Shown piece by piece: positions 10,648 through 20,901 of a DNA stretch of 64,000 nt. Each line of letters opens with the position of its first letter. The stretch's first letter is position 1. Source of the DNA: Porphyridium purpureum (Eukaryota). Below the pieces are notes generated by a model. The model was given only the letters and a program-made list of their open reading frames with translations, did not search any database and had not been told where the DNA came from. The translations under genes were made by a program, and so were the position numbers. The stretch spans positions 1,240,001 to 1,304,000 of the forward strand of contig VRMN01000001.1 in the NCBI GenBank assembly GCA_008690995.1. Reading direction: 5' to 3'.

Positions 10648-11472
10648 TCAGTTCGTTAGATCCATAGCATCGCGCTTACTCTCGTCATGAGTTTGTACAG
10701 GAAGCTCAATGGTCATGGCCACTGCTCCTTTGTACGTCTGAGAGCGAACCATTCCGTGTGAGACGCAATCGACCGCATTGGTTGTGACGCAAACGCGCGC
10801 CGCATGCATGTCCAATCCGAAGAGGCTACAGAGATTCATGGCGTCGTACGCGCCGCGCATCTCGAGCAGATTTGCGGCACCACTCGTTATGATCACGCGC
10901 TTGCCCTTTGTCGTCTCTGCGAGTTCCGCGGCGTGAGCCAGAAACGTTTTGCGCAAGGCTGCTGTGCGGAGCAGATTTGAATAGCGGAGCTCGAAAACCA
11001 CGCCGGTCTCAATCGCCACATTCAGCAGCGGAGCCTTGACACGAAAGGGAGATCGATTTTGTGAAACGTCCAGGCACACAATATCGATATCCTGCTGCAT
11101 CGCGCGCTGTACGACCTTTTCTGACGACGAGCGCAGGGCAAGCAGGTCAAATCGGTCAGCGAACGGCGCCAAGTGCGCGAGCTCGCCAGGCTGGTTTGCA
11201 ATGATCGTCAGGCGCGAGAGAATGGTCACGGCAGGTCGCTTGGTGACGCGCAGCACATTATGGCCTTGGCCAGAATCCCTACTGCTCATCGCTGCCTGTG
11301 CTTCGCGCAGCCGGTGCACCAACGCGCTAGGCTGAAGCTCTTTTGGCGGCTGGCCGGCCACCTCTTGCTCAATCGCGATCACATCGTAGCCCAACCCAGC
11401 CACTTCTCTCAGGAACTCCTCCGGGCGCACGTGCGCGCACGCCGATTCCAGGACCCCAAGATCATGAAACAT
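10648..11472 (-). CDS. RPP30: RNase P/MRP subunit p30
   Basis: MFHDL start, LGYDVIA, ILSRLTI, FDLLALR, GVVFELRYS and IITSGA...LEMRGAYDAMNL match the RPP30/Rpp1 pattern. Confidence 0.9.
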   Translation of the reverse strand: MFHDLGVLESACAHVRPEEFLREVAGLGYDVIAIEQEVAGQPPKELQPSALVHRLREAQAAMSSRDSGQGHNVLRVTKRPAVTILSRLTIIANQPGELAHLAPFADRFDLLALRSSSEKVVQRAMQQDIDIVCLDVSQNRSPFRVKAPLLNVAIETGVVFELRYSNLLRTAALRKTFLAHAAELAETTKGKRVIITSGAANLLEMRGAYDAMNLCSLFGLDMHAARVCVTTNAVDCVSHGMVRSQTYKGAVAMTIELPVQTHDESKRDAMDLTN

Positions 11473-12386
11473 CGCGCGCCGCCGTCACCGCCTCACTCGG
11501 ACTCCGCAACTCCCAAGACACCAAAATCCACCGACAACGACTGTACATACAGTACCTCCCTGGGTTGTTGCGCTGTGCGGCAGCGTGAGAAATGAGAAGC
11601 AAGGACGGCGACCACGCGTTGCGCTCGTGCCTGTCTCACGCAGACAGCCTCTCAACAAGCACTGGCCCATTCCGGCACTTTCTTTCCATAGACAAAGTGA
11701 AGAGAGCCCCGAAGCCAGCCAAACCATTGCCTTTGTCCGAAGCAACACGTTGGCTTTATGCAGAACCGCCTCTTCCCGTAGACGGACATGTCCATGCGTT
11801 CTCTACCGTGTTTTATCATGTTAAGCTGCCGCAGCCTGTATCCTGGAACCATCCGCCGCACGCCATCACGCCATCACGCCAGCAAGCCGAGTCTACTGCA
11901 TTCTTGCGCTTCAAGTCAATGTCGGCGAACGATTCTAAACGGGCAGTCCCACATTGAGGCCTGGGAGGACACGACTCGCCGACGAAATCATACCCACAAG
12001 GAAACGGCCTCCACGCTTTGACCGCTGAGCGGTCCACCTCTTCAGGATGATGGAAGTTGCACTTGAAAAGTGGGCGCCATGCACGAAGTGAGTGACCATA
12101 GTGCAGGTGGGGATACGTGCAGTTTTGAAGGCGCCAACGGTACCTCGTGCATGGCGTCAAAGCATGACAACGTGCGCAACTTGCTTCTAATGGCTGAAAC
12201 TGCACCCACCGTGCCACAACAGTAAAGTGAGACGCAGATCATTCGCATGAATCGCACCGAGCATCAGAAGCACAACACAAGCTGTGTCTGCCACGTTGAA
12301 GGCACCCAATTCCGATTCGCCTCACAGGATACGCAGGTCCCTGAAAGTCGTCTGCTCGCTGCAGCGTGCCTGAAAGAGGCATCATC

Positions 12387-13694
12387 TCACGCTTTCGCAT
12401 TGGGTGGAGTATGCCTCTTCAGAAATTCGGATAGGCGATAGCAAAACGCGTCAACAGCCGCATCGGTGGAATTGGAGAACACGATGCGGAACCAGCCAAA
12501 CTCAGTCATGTTCATGTATGAGCCTGGTGTCAGAATAATTTTGGTTTCCGCAACCAGCCTCTCGTACACTTCAAACTCACTGGCCTCAGACTGTGTACGA
12601 CACAAACGCGACAAGTCGCACATAATAAAGAAGCCGGCGTGAGGAGTGATGTATCGAACGTTGGTTCGATCCAAAAGGTCGCATATCTGACCAGAGATCC
12701 GCGCAAGGCGCGCACGACGCTTTGCGAACAAATCACCCAGCCACGCTTGGTTTTCAATGAGCCGTGTGACGGTCACTTGCGTCTGGTTTGACATAGTCGA
12801 GATCAGATTCGCTGACGGCATGAGCTGGTTCAGGACGGCGTTCTGTGTATACACGAGTCCCGTGCGCAGACCACAAATACCGAGATCCTTGCCAAACCCG
12901 TACAGGATATGCACGTCGTCGCTCAGCTGCCCTTCTAGCACGCGGTAGATGCTTTCGAATTTCTGCTTACCGTACACAGATTGCGCGTAAATCTCATCTA
13001 CAATCAAGTGCATGTCGGCATCTCGCACCCATGCGACGAAAGCAAGAAGCTCCTCGGGTGAATAAATCATACCAAGAGGATTATTAGGGTTCGAAATGAT
13101 CAGAGCCTTGCAAGAGACACCGCGTTCCTTTTTCGCCTTTGCTATCGCCTGCTTGAATGCCTGCTCCGAAACGCGGAACTCGGATTCGCTGTCTGTAGGT
13201 ACCACAACGACCTCAACGTCCGCCCGATGTAGGTCATCCAGGAAGCCTCGATAGTGCGGAGCCAAGAGCATGACGCCTTCGCCTGGCTCGACTACCATCT
13301 GCGCAATCAACCCCACTGCACCGCCGCACCCAGCTACCATACACACCTGCGATTCCTTCGCCGGCGGCAGTGATCCGGAAGCATCGTCCACCTTGAACAC
13401 ATACTGCGACAAGTACGCTGCTGCAGCAGTACGCATCTGCGCCATGCCTGACGAATACGCGTACTCGAGCGTGTGCGCATCAATCGGGAACGCCGCATTG
13501 TCCCGCGAGATTTGCTGGCTAGTCAACCGCGACGCGAAAGTGTCCTCAGAGACGCTGAAGAACAAGGCGCCGTCCGGATTCGTTTCGGCGTCGTGCGCAT
13601 CGTCTCGGTATGCGAAAAAGTCCCGGATGAAGTTGGGAAGCGGCGACCTGAGTTTGGCGACGAGTCGCTCATTCAAGCGTGCTGCAGACGCCAT
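12387..13694 (-). CDS. PLP-dependent class I/II aminotransferase, ACC synthase-like
   Basis: SNPNNPLG, HLIVDEIYAQSVY, YGFGKDLGICGLRTG (PLP Lys), ILTPG and GWFRIVF; alternative upstream ATG at 13823. Confidence 0.85.
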   Translation of the reverse strand: MASAARLNERLVAKLRSPLPNFIRDFFAYRDDAHDAETNPDGALFFSVSEDTFASRLTSQQISRDNAAFPIDAHTLEYAYSSGMAQMRTAAAAYLSQYVFKVDDASGSLPPAKESQVCMVAGCGGAVGLIAQMVVEPGEGVMLLAPHYRGFLDDLHRADVEVVVVPTDSESEFRVSEQAFKQAIAKAKKERGVSCKALIISNPNNPLGMIYSPEELLAFVAWVRDADMHLIVDEIYAQSVYGKQKFESIYRVLEGQLSDDVHILYGFGKDLGICGLRTGLVYTQNAVLNQLMPSANLISTMSNQTQVTVTRLIENQAWLGDLFAKRRARLARISGQICDLLDRTNVRYITPHAGFFIMCDLSRLCRTQSEASEFEVYERLVAETKIILTPGSYMNMTEFGWFRIVFSNSTDAAVDAFCYRLSEFLKRHTPPNAKA

Positions 13695-13907
13695 CTGAAT
13701 CTTCTGGCTTCTTTTCAGTACGCACTGCTGGAACGGCAGGCGGCAGAGCCACTCGACGCGCGCTTCAAGACGTCGATCAATCGAACCGCCTGCGTGTCTT
13801 TTTCCTGCTGAGGTGCAAAACATGAAGAAGGCCACTATCCCCTGGTCGGAAAGCCTCCACCTGTGAATAAAGATGTTTTTTCGAACAGGTTAAGTTTGGA
13901 AGTGGGT

Positions 13908-15083
13908 TCAAGGTATAGCCTCAAAAGTAGTGAGGGAGGGGTCAGCTAGTTTCTCTTGGCTGGCGAGTTCCAGGACTTCTCCAGCAGTCTTCTGGCCCAA
14001 CAGATACGAGTGATACATAAGCTTGTGCTTGCGATTCAGGTCGTAGATCTCAAGGGCCAAATGCTGGCTGTAGAGTTTTTCTACGTTGCGCGCGTACAGA
14101 TGTGCGTCCACTTTTTCCTGCTCAGCTGGCTCGTACACGCCCAACTCGGAGATATCTACATAGTTCACAAACTGGGTCATGATACGCCACATGTGTGTTT
14201 TGAATAGAATGCTCTCCCACGATGAATTAAAGTGCTTGTACGGAAATGAGACCACCACGGGCAAGACCGCAAGACCCGCGGCAAACGCGCCGCGGCGGAA
14301 GCGAATCATGGCGTGCCCGTTGCATGTTGTTCCTTCCGGGAAAATAATCAAATTGGTGGCGCAATCACTACACCCTTCGCATTGTTTGAGCACGCGACAC
14401 GCATGCGCGCGCTGTGTCCGTCCCACAATTGACTGAGTCACGCTTTCAGACGACCCCAGAAAAAGGCATTGAATGGCGCAGGCTATTTTGCCGACGAATC
14501 GAACTCGGCGGATATCCTCCTTGGCAACAAACGAACCGCTGTACACGGCGAGGAGCACGAGGATATCCAGATACCCCAAGTGGTTGCTCACTATTGTGTA
14601 CGCACAGCTGCGTCGCGCGAGCGATGCGCGGGGTGACACCGGCTTGAGCTGGGGCGACAGGCTAGACGGCTCAGGACTGCGCCGCCGAATCCAAAACACG
14701 CCAAAACACAAGGCCAACGCCAGCCTTGCCAGTCTGGGTATGACTCGGACGAGACGCATCTGCCATCCGGCGAGCCGCCCGGCAATCTTTTGATTTAAGG
14801 ATGAATCTGGAGTTGAGCCTGACGATGAAACTGCTTCCTCACCATGTCGGGGACTACCTTGAACCAACGCCGCCACCAGCCACAACACAATCAGAAAAAT
14901 TAACAGCAGCAGCAGGCGCAGTGGCAGCAATGTGCAGCTCAACAAGGCTGTTTTGCACACCTCGTACACCGACCACTGTCCAGAAACTCTCTTGAATGGA
15001 TAAAAATAAGCGTGTACTTGCTCGTCCAGCTGCTCTGCGGTTTCGCCCGACTCTGCAACACCCTGTTCGTATCGGCGATCCAT
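13908..15083 (-). CDS. Lysophospholipid acyltransferase (LPEAT/LPCAT-like)
   Basis: SNHLGYLD (HX4D), FVAKED, FPEGTTCNG and FRRGAF motifs; N-terminal TM helix; first ATG at 15083. Confidence 0.9.
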   Translation of the reverse strand: MDRRYEQGVAESGETAEQLDEQVHAYFYPFKRVSGQWSVYEVCKTALLSCTLLPLRLLLLLIFLIVLWLVAALVQGSPRHGEEAVSSSGSTPDSSLNQKIAGRLAGWQMRLVRVIPRLARLALALCFGVFWIRRRSPEPSSLSPQLKPVSPRASLARRSCAYTIVSNHLGYLDILVLLAVYSGSFVAKEDIRRVRFVGKIACAIQCLFLGSSESVTQSIVGRTQRAHACRVLKQCEGCSDCATNLIIFPEGTTCNGHAMIRFRRGAFAAGLAVLPVVVSFPYKHFNSSWESILFKTHMWRIMTQFVNYVDISELGVYEPAEQEKVDAHLYARNVEKLYSQHLALEIYDLNRKHKLMYHSYLLGQKTAGEVLELASQEKLADPSLTTFEAIP

Positions 15084-15313
15084 CAGCCCGACTCCATCGA
15101 CTTGACTGCGTGTGCGCGATCTCACCCGACAACCAGGATGGTTTGTCGAGCTTGTCCGCACCCGCAAATGAGTGCGAACGCTAAATTTCTCTTCGCCCAC
15201 GGCGTTCCAGTCCAACCACTAGTGCAATTTCTCTTCCCAGGCGGTTTCAAGTACAGTTCTCCTCGGGCACATTGCAAGATCGGAAATTCGTTTAGTGACT
15301 TTTTACGGGACTT

Positions 15314-15694
15314 CTACAGCTCCTGCGAGGCGTCCTTGCCCTTCTTCTTGGGCATCAGCACAGCGTGAATATTTGGCAACACTCCACCTGCCGCAATGGT
15401 GACACCAGACAGCAGTTTGTTGAGTTCTTCGTCGTTACGGACCGCCAGCTGCACATGTCGTGGAATGATGCGTGTCTTCTTATTGTCACGCGCGGCGTTG
15501 CCCGCCAATTCAAGCACTTCAGCCGTCAAGTACTCCATGACCGCCGCCATATACACGGGCGCGCCTGCGCCGACCCGATCGGCGTACCCACCCTTCTTCA
15601 GATGGCGATGAATTCTTCCGACTGGAAACTGCAGCCCGGCTTTCTTTGTGCGGCTCATTGCCGCCTTGCGCTCTTTCGCATCCTTGGGAGCCAT
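15314..15694 (-). CDS. H2A: Histone H2A with an H2A.X-type C-terminal SQEL
   Basis: [12 protein letters not shown]...[20 protein letters not shown]...GGVLPNIH; ends KDASQEL. Confidence 0.98.
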   Translation of the reverse strand: MAPKDAKERKAAMSRTKKAGLQFPVGRIHRHLKKGGYADRVGAGAPVYMAAVMEYLTAEVLELAGNAARDNKKTRIIPRHVQLAVRNDEELNKLLSGVTIAAGGVLPNIHAVLMPKKKGKDASQEL

Positions 15695-15780
15695 TCTGCT
15701 TGCACACAATTCAGTACCTCTCGCCTCTTTCCTCCTTTTGCCGTCACTCACCCCACAACTTTTCCCTCACCACCCGCGAA

Positions 15781-15980
15781 CTTTTATAGCCAAACTTGCC
15801 TGCGCACACCCGAAACGCCTTCACGTTTTTGTCCAATCAAATGCTTCTTGCCGCATTCTGATTGGACAAAAATAAAGCACCACTTGATTTCTCAGTAAAA
15901 CGCATTCATTTTATGATTTTGCTTTTCATATCCACGTCAAAAACACTGAGAAGTGGATTTCTGTCGCGGCATATAAACCG
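15781..15980. promoter_or_regulatory. Bidirectional H2A/H2B promoter
   Basis: TATAAAAG on the minus strand (~15781-15788), TATAAA on plus (15972-15977), inverted CCAAT boxes at 15826-15872, and CCACGTCA at 15932-15939. Confidence 0.75.
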
Positions 15981-16093
15981 CGGGCTGAGCGCGCGAGGGC
16001 AGAAGGAGGGCACGCGTGAGTGACGAGGGACACGTTGGAACAAGGAAGGAGGGAACAACTGCGTGGAGGAGACGCAGCAGAAAGCGTATCAAG

Positions 16094-16468
16094 ATGGCGC
16101 CAAAAGGAACCAAGAGCCTGCCGGTGGCTGAGAAGAAGCCGAAGCAAGTGATCAAGAAGGATGACGACAAGAAGAGCAAGAAGAAGAAGCGCACCGAGTC
16201 GTACAGCATCTACATTTACAAGGTGCTGAAGCAGGTACACCCGGACACGGGCATTTCGTCGAATGCCATGTCGATCATGAACTCGTTTGTCACGGACCTC
16301 TTCGAGCGCATTGCGGCCGAAGCAGCCAAGCTGTCATCATACTCCAAGACCAAGACGCTCACGTCGCGCGAAATTCAGACCGCGGTTAGGCTGTTGTTGC
16401 CTGGCGAGCTGGCGAAGCACGCGGTGTCGGAGGGTACCAAGGCAGTGACCAAGTACTCGAGCTCATAA
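16094..16468 (+). CDS. H2B: Histone H2B
   Basis: [21 protein letters not shown]...[30 protein letters not shown]. Confidence 0.98.
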   Translation: MAPKGTKSLPVAEKKPKQVIKKDDDKKSKKKKRTESYSIYIYKVLKQVHPDTGISSNAMSIMNSFVTDLFERIAAEAAKLSSYSKTKTLTSREIQTAVRLLLPGELAKHAVSEGTKAVTKYSSS

Positions 16469-17224
16469 ACATGTGACACTAAATCAACATCTGGCTCTTC
16501 TGCCCGCGTTCCTCTGAAAAATTGCGAAGCTTGCAGCAGAAATTTTACTGCCACCAGCATACATCCGGAACATCTCAACGTCGGATTCCTAGGCTCTGTG
16601 TTTCGACATGGTGTGCACGTCCGCGCCTGGCCTGTCGCGATGACATCGCTCCCAACATCGCCACCTGCTTTTTCTTCGACCAAGGACACTAATCATGATA
16701 GTAGTGTACAGTGTCAGATCACCAACGGGCCATTGAGTTTTGAGAAGATAGACGCTGCTTCCGCGCACCGTCGGGGTTCCAGAAGCGCGCACACAAGGCT
16801 CTCCGTTTACACAGTGTTGATGATTGAAAGCACCGCATGAGAGGATTCCTGTCAGTGTATACTCCTCGCCGCATGCAAGTATCCTTTTACACGGGCGTGG
16901 CATTCTGATGGATGTGAACCAGACTCGACGGTCTCTTTATGTACCGTCTTCGAATCTTGCCGCAACGCTCGACGAAAAACGCACCATTGTGCATCGGAAA
17001 TGTGGCATATATCTACGATCTGCCATGCCACTGCGCAAGATTTTCAGGGATCGTACATATATGAGCTTGGCCGCGCGTTGAAACCCGGCTGGCACAGAAA
17101 GTTGGTGCTTCGGGCTAAATCTGTTGGCGAGACCTTTTCTGGAAACATACACGTCGAAGTGCAGTGCTTTTGCTCAGAGACGGGACGTCCAGTGTAGTTC
17201 AGAGAATCCTTTTCAGACACTGGG

Positions 17225-19030
17225 ATGGATCGTTTAGCACTGATGTGGTCTGTGGCGCTCGCGCTGGCGCTCATCGGAGCAGGACAGGCGGCTTCAATTC
17301 CGCCGGTGGACGTGGACCTAGCCAGCAAACTCAGGACCGGGGCCGTGGAGCCAGTGAGCATGGACAATGAGGTGCTGCGTCTGACGCCCTACGCGCAGGT
17401 CGAAAATGCTGGCATTTGCGCGGTGGACCCCAACTCGTACAATTTGAACAAGTATGCCGCCCAGCTCGCCGTCCAGGACACGTCTTTGAGCCGGTGCCTG
17501 CCGTTCCCAGGCTCGCTTGCTTCGCTTCCCGGTACGTACGCATGTGGTGACTCGCTCATTCTGCTTGTCAGCTTCGATCGCACGTTAAGCGGGACTTCTG
17601 ATCCTGTTTCCGCAGACCAGACAGGCGCGAACGTGGCGTTCACTTTGGAATTCGATGTGGCAAACAGTGCACCAGGAGGCCTCATTGGATTTCAGGGCAT
17701 CACGACCGCAGAGCTGAGCACAGCCGACGCGGCATTCACAGCGCCGACAAATTTGCAACTGTCCGTGGACGACTTGCAGCCGGCATACTTGACAGCCTCA
17801 GGTGACTACAAGAAGCGCGTCTCTCTTCTCGTGAAGGACGTCCCGCAAGCAGTTTCCGTAGTGATTCGTCTGAGCGTACCCATTGTGTGCCCTGTCGGAG
17901 CATTGGTGCCCGCTGGCGACGATTTTGTCACTCTCACGAGCTTTAATGTATCTTACGCGGACGCCACATCCGATACCCCAAGCATTTCGCGCCCGTATGT
18001 CAAGTACAGAATGGAAGACCTGTTGGGCGCGGGCGCTGCTTTTCCGGTCGTGAAGCATCGAGGCGTCGTTTCCGGTGGCACCTGTGCGGATGGAAAGGAG
18101 ATGTTAGGCATAGAGGCTGGCACTGTTATACAGCACTGCGTCTCTGTGTACAATATTGGCACGCTCGATTTGACAAACATGGTAGTTGAAGACATGGGCT
18201 TTGGAGACAATAACCAGGGCACGTTAATTTCAGGCTTCTCCTCCACGTTGCCAGCAGGCGCGACGGAGAGCGTCACGTATGAGTCACAGTTTGACAACGT
18301 CGGTACATTTGAGGTGCCCGTTGAAGCGCGAGGACTCAACAATGAAACAAATCTTCTTTTTGCCTCCGGCTCCCTGACAGTTCAGGTGAATCCAGAGGTG
18401 ACTCCTCCGCCAACGCCGACGCCGGGTCCTTCTTTTCTCACCGCTGAGATGAATCTCACCTCAGGCGAGTGCTCGGACGTGCTCTTGGACCCGAAAATCT
18501 TGATTACATTCCCCGGCGATGCGCATACGCGTTGCTTCCGAGTGACAAATACAGGCTCTTGGCCTGTGGCGCTGCAAGCGGTAGACGGCGGGCCGGCGAG
18601 TTTCCTCGGACAGACCATTCAGCCTGGGGCAGTTTTGGAGGGCTCAATCACAACGACAGTGAGCAGTGCTGCTGCAAGCGGCATCGAGGTCTTGGATTTC
18701 GTTGTAGCTGCTGGGGACGGAGAGACCTTCTCCGACGCAGCCGCGCTTCTGGTCAATCCTTCGCCAGGTCAAGAGGCGCTCTATTGTTACGGTTACAGAC
18801 CAGCGGGCGAACCAAGCGGCGAGTGCTTCTACGTTCGTTACATTAACGACAGTGGCAATCTTTATGAAATGTGTGACAGCCGCGGCTGCAATCCGGCACT
18901 CCAATGCTTTGGGTACGAGAAGCTTGAGTCCTACTACTACCTGCTCGAAATGCGTACTGCGTCCAGATTGGACGAGAACTGTGCTCGTGTGAGCGGCACA
19001 GGGCTGTTCTCCATGTCTGTGAAGCTCTAG
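17225..19030 (+). CDS. Secreted Cys-containing beta-rich protein with Ig-like (DUF11-like) modules
   Basis: Signal peptide LALMWSVALALALIGAGQA; two modules (HCVSVYNIGTLDLTNMVVED...LPAGA and RCFRVTNTGSWPV...IQPGA) separated by a PPPTPTPG linker. Confidence 0.7.
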   Translation: MDRLALMWSVALALALIGAGQAASIPPVDVDLASKLRTGAVEPVSMDNEVLRLTPYAQVENAGICAVDPNSYNLNKYAAQLAVQDTSLSRCLPFPGSLASLPGTYACGDSLILLVSFDRTLSGTSDPVSADQTGANVAFTLEFDVANSAPGGLIGFQGITTAELSTADAAFTAPTNLQLSVDDLQPAYLTASGDYKKRVSLLVKDVPQAVSVVIRLSVPIVCPVGALVPAGDDFVTLTSFNVSYADATSDTPSISRPYVKYRMEDLLGAGAAFPVVKHRGVVSGGTCADGKEMLGIEAGTVIQHCVSVYNIGTLDLTNMVVEDMGFGDNNQGTLISGFSSTLPAGATESVTYESQFDNVGTFEVPVEARGLNNETNLLFASGSLTVQVNPEVTPPPTPTPGPSFLTAEMNLTSGECSDVLLDPKILITFPGDAHTRCFRVTNTGSWPVALQAVDGGPASFLGQTIQPGAVLEGSITTTVSSAAASGIEVLDFVVAAGDGETFSDAAALLVNPSPGQEALYCYGYRPAGEPSGECFYVRYINDSGNLYEMCDSRGCNPALQCFGYEKLESYYYLLEMRTASRLDENCARVSGTGLFSMSVKL

Positions 19031-19128
19031 TCGTCAGCTTGCCGCGCGAGTGCCTTTTTCTATCCATGTATATACTGTCTTTACAGTTTAACCTTTTCGT
19101 ACATCTTCTAGTCTTCTGTGCGATCCTG

Positions 19129-20115
19129 TCACGCAAGTATTTTACAGAGGGTTTGTGCCAATTGGTGCACATTACCCTTCAGCTCTTTGTCCTCAACACG
19201 TTCCTCCAGTCGGTTGATTACATCAACGCAATTTTCGCTCTTGAGCAGGGCGCGGCCGTGCTCGCAGCTCGCACAAACCTTGATCAATTCCACGGCGTCT
19301 TCCAAATCGCCGACTTGGTCCGCCGGCAAGTTTCCAACATCGCGCACGACAAGCCGCACTGCGGCTCCGCCGTCAAGCTCGCAAATATCCCGCACAAACC
19401 ATAGGTTCTGCGTGCGCGGCGCCTTTGCCGTGAAAAAGCGCGCGCGCCGCCGAACGACCTCTGACTGGGCGTCGTTGATGCACGCCGCCAATGCCTCGAC
19501 GCCGCCGAGGGCCTTGACGGCGTCGCTGTGCTCGGGCGAGTTTCTCAGCAGCGCGGAAATCGCGCGCACACCCTTGGCGCGAACGGAAGGATCTGCGTCG
19601 CTCAGCGCACCCACCACAACTTGCAGCGCGTCTGGGTGGGATGCCACCAGCGCCTTCACCTCATCATCATCCTGCATTGCGGAGCCCAGGAGCGACACCG
19701 CCGCCACGCGCACGGTCGAGGCGTCCGCATGTGAGCCTAGAGAGTTCTGTGCCCGCCGAACCGCCGCGTCCAGCACGCCCGTTTTCTGAATATTTATCGC
19801 GTAGTTGCGGTCCTCCATGTACTCCTCCAAAGCCAGCAGCGCGCCGATGTGGTCTGCAGCCTGCCGCGCGTCATCCAAAAGCACGTCCTTGAGCTCGCGA
19901 ATCTGCGCATACACGTCAGGGAACAAGGCGTCCAGCACGCCCTTATTCTGCTCGATGAACGCGCGCTTTTCGGCGATTTGCTCTGGCGTCAAGCCCGACA
20001 GCGCCGTGTGGCCCTGCGCGTCGACGGCCGTGTGCTCGACCGCCACTTTCAGCAGCTCATTCAAACTCTGAATCTGCATGTCTGCTTCTTTCTGCCCTTG
20101 CCCGTGCTCCCCCAT
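19129..20115 (-). CDS. Hsp70 nucleotide-exchange factor Fes1/HspBP1-like (ARM repeats)
   Basis: LNELLKVAVEH, ALLALEEYMEDRNYAINI, LLGSAMQDD and VRAKGVRAISALLRN fit the Fes1/HspBP1 pattern. Confidence 0.8.
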   Translation of the reverse strand: MGEHGQGQKEADMQIQSLNELLKVAVEHTAVDAQGHTALSGLTPEQIAEKRAFIEQNKGVLDALFPDVYAQIRELKDVLLDDARQAADHIGALLALEEYMEDRNYAINIQKTGVLDAAVRRAQNSLGSHADASTVRVAAVSLLGSAMQDDDEVKALVASHPDALQVVVGALSDADPSVRAKGVRAISALLRNSPEHSDAVKALGGVEALAACINDAQSEVVRRRARFFTAKAPRTQNLWFVRDICELDGGAAVRLVVRDVGNLPADQVGDLEDAVELIKVCASCEHGRALLKSENCVDVINRLEERVEDKELKGNVHQLAQTLCKILA

Positions 20116-20605
20116 CGCTCCACGTCGTCTCTGTCCCTGCTCTCTATCCTTACCGCCTCGCTCCAATGCACTTGTAACCTTGTCGCTTTTCCTTCCCCCA
20201 TCCGTCAACGCTCTTTCCTTATCTTCGTGCTTTCTAGTGGGTTCTAGGGTGCGCCACAATGGTACACTGCATAAGTACAGTCTACGAGTACAGTGCACGA
20301 ACGAAAGGGGTACAGCGCCGCCCCGCTCTACCCGCTTGTTTGTCCACTGAACCTACCCGCACGCCGCGGTACAGTGCCGCCCCACTTTCTTCCGCCCCAC
20401 GAACCGCATGCCGCTACCGCCTAAAAATCTCGCTGCTCCGCACGCTTGTGAGGTTCAGTCGCTCTCTCCCTCTGTCTCTATGTCTCCTGCGTGGAAGTAG
20501 CGCGCGTGCTGTCCCAACTGGGTGTGTGGGGTGCGGTGGGGTGCGAGCGCCGCGCGGGATGCGCATGCGGATCATGTATCAAGCTGAGCCGTTTCACTGG
20601 AAAAG

Positions 20606-20631
20606 CACACACACACACACACACACACACA
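20606..20631. repeat. (CA)n microsatellite
   Basis: Seen directly. Confidence 0.9.
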
Positions 20632-20901
20632 ACATGCCGCTTTGGCGGTTTTCTATCGTTTTTGGAGGGTTTGAGGTTGGGGGGGGGGATGAGGTTCAGG
20701 TGTACCTTGTGACTAGACTGCTTCGTGGTGAAGCAGCAGGAGATGAAGGCGTGGTCGGGAGTATGTGCGGGAGTCGTGTGGGTTGGGTGTGAGGGAAGGT
20801 GGGTGGATGAAGGATTGGGCGGTGGTGTGATTGCAAGGTTGGTACAGCGTGTTGGACTCGGTGGTTGAGGAGGAGCGGTACTCGCGGGGTGCAGAAGCGC
20901 A

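Noticed and set aside
11585..12330. Short ORFs between RPP30 and the ACS-like gene
   Set aside because: No recognisable motif or consistent frame.
16469..16520. Histone 3' stem-loop after H2B or H2A
   Set aside because: GGCTCTTCTGCCC does not form the canonical 6-bp stem with 4-nt loop; none is seen after H2A.
16815..16910. Possible C/D-box snoRNA (TGATGA...CTGA)
   Set aside because: No terminal stem and no convincing rRNA-complementary guide by eye.
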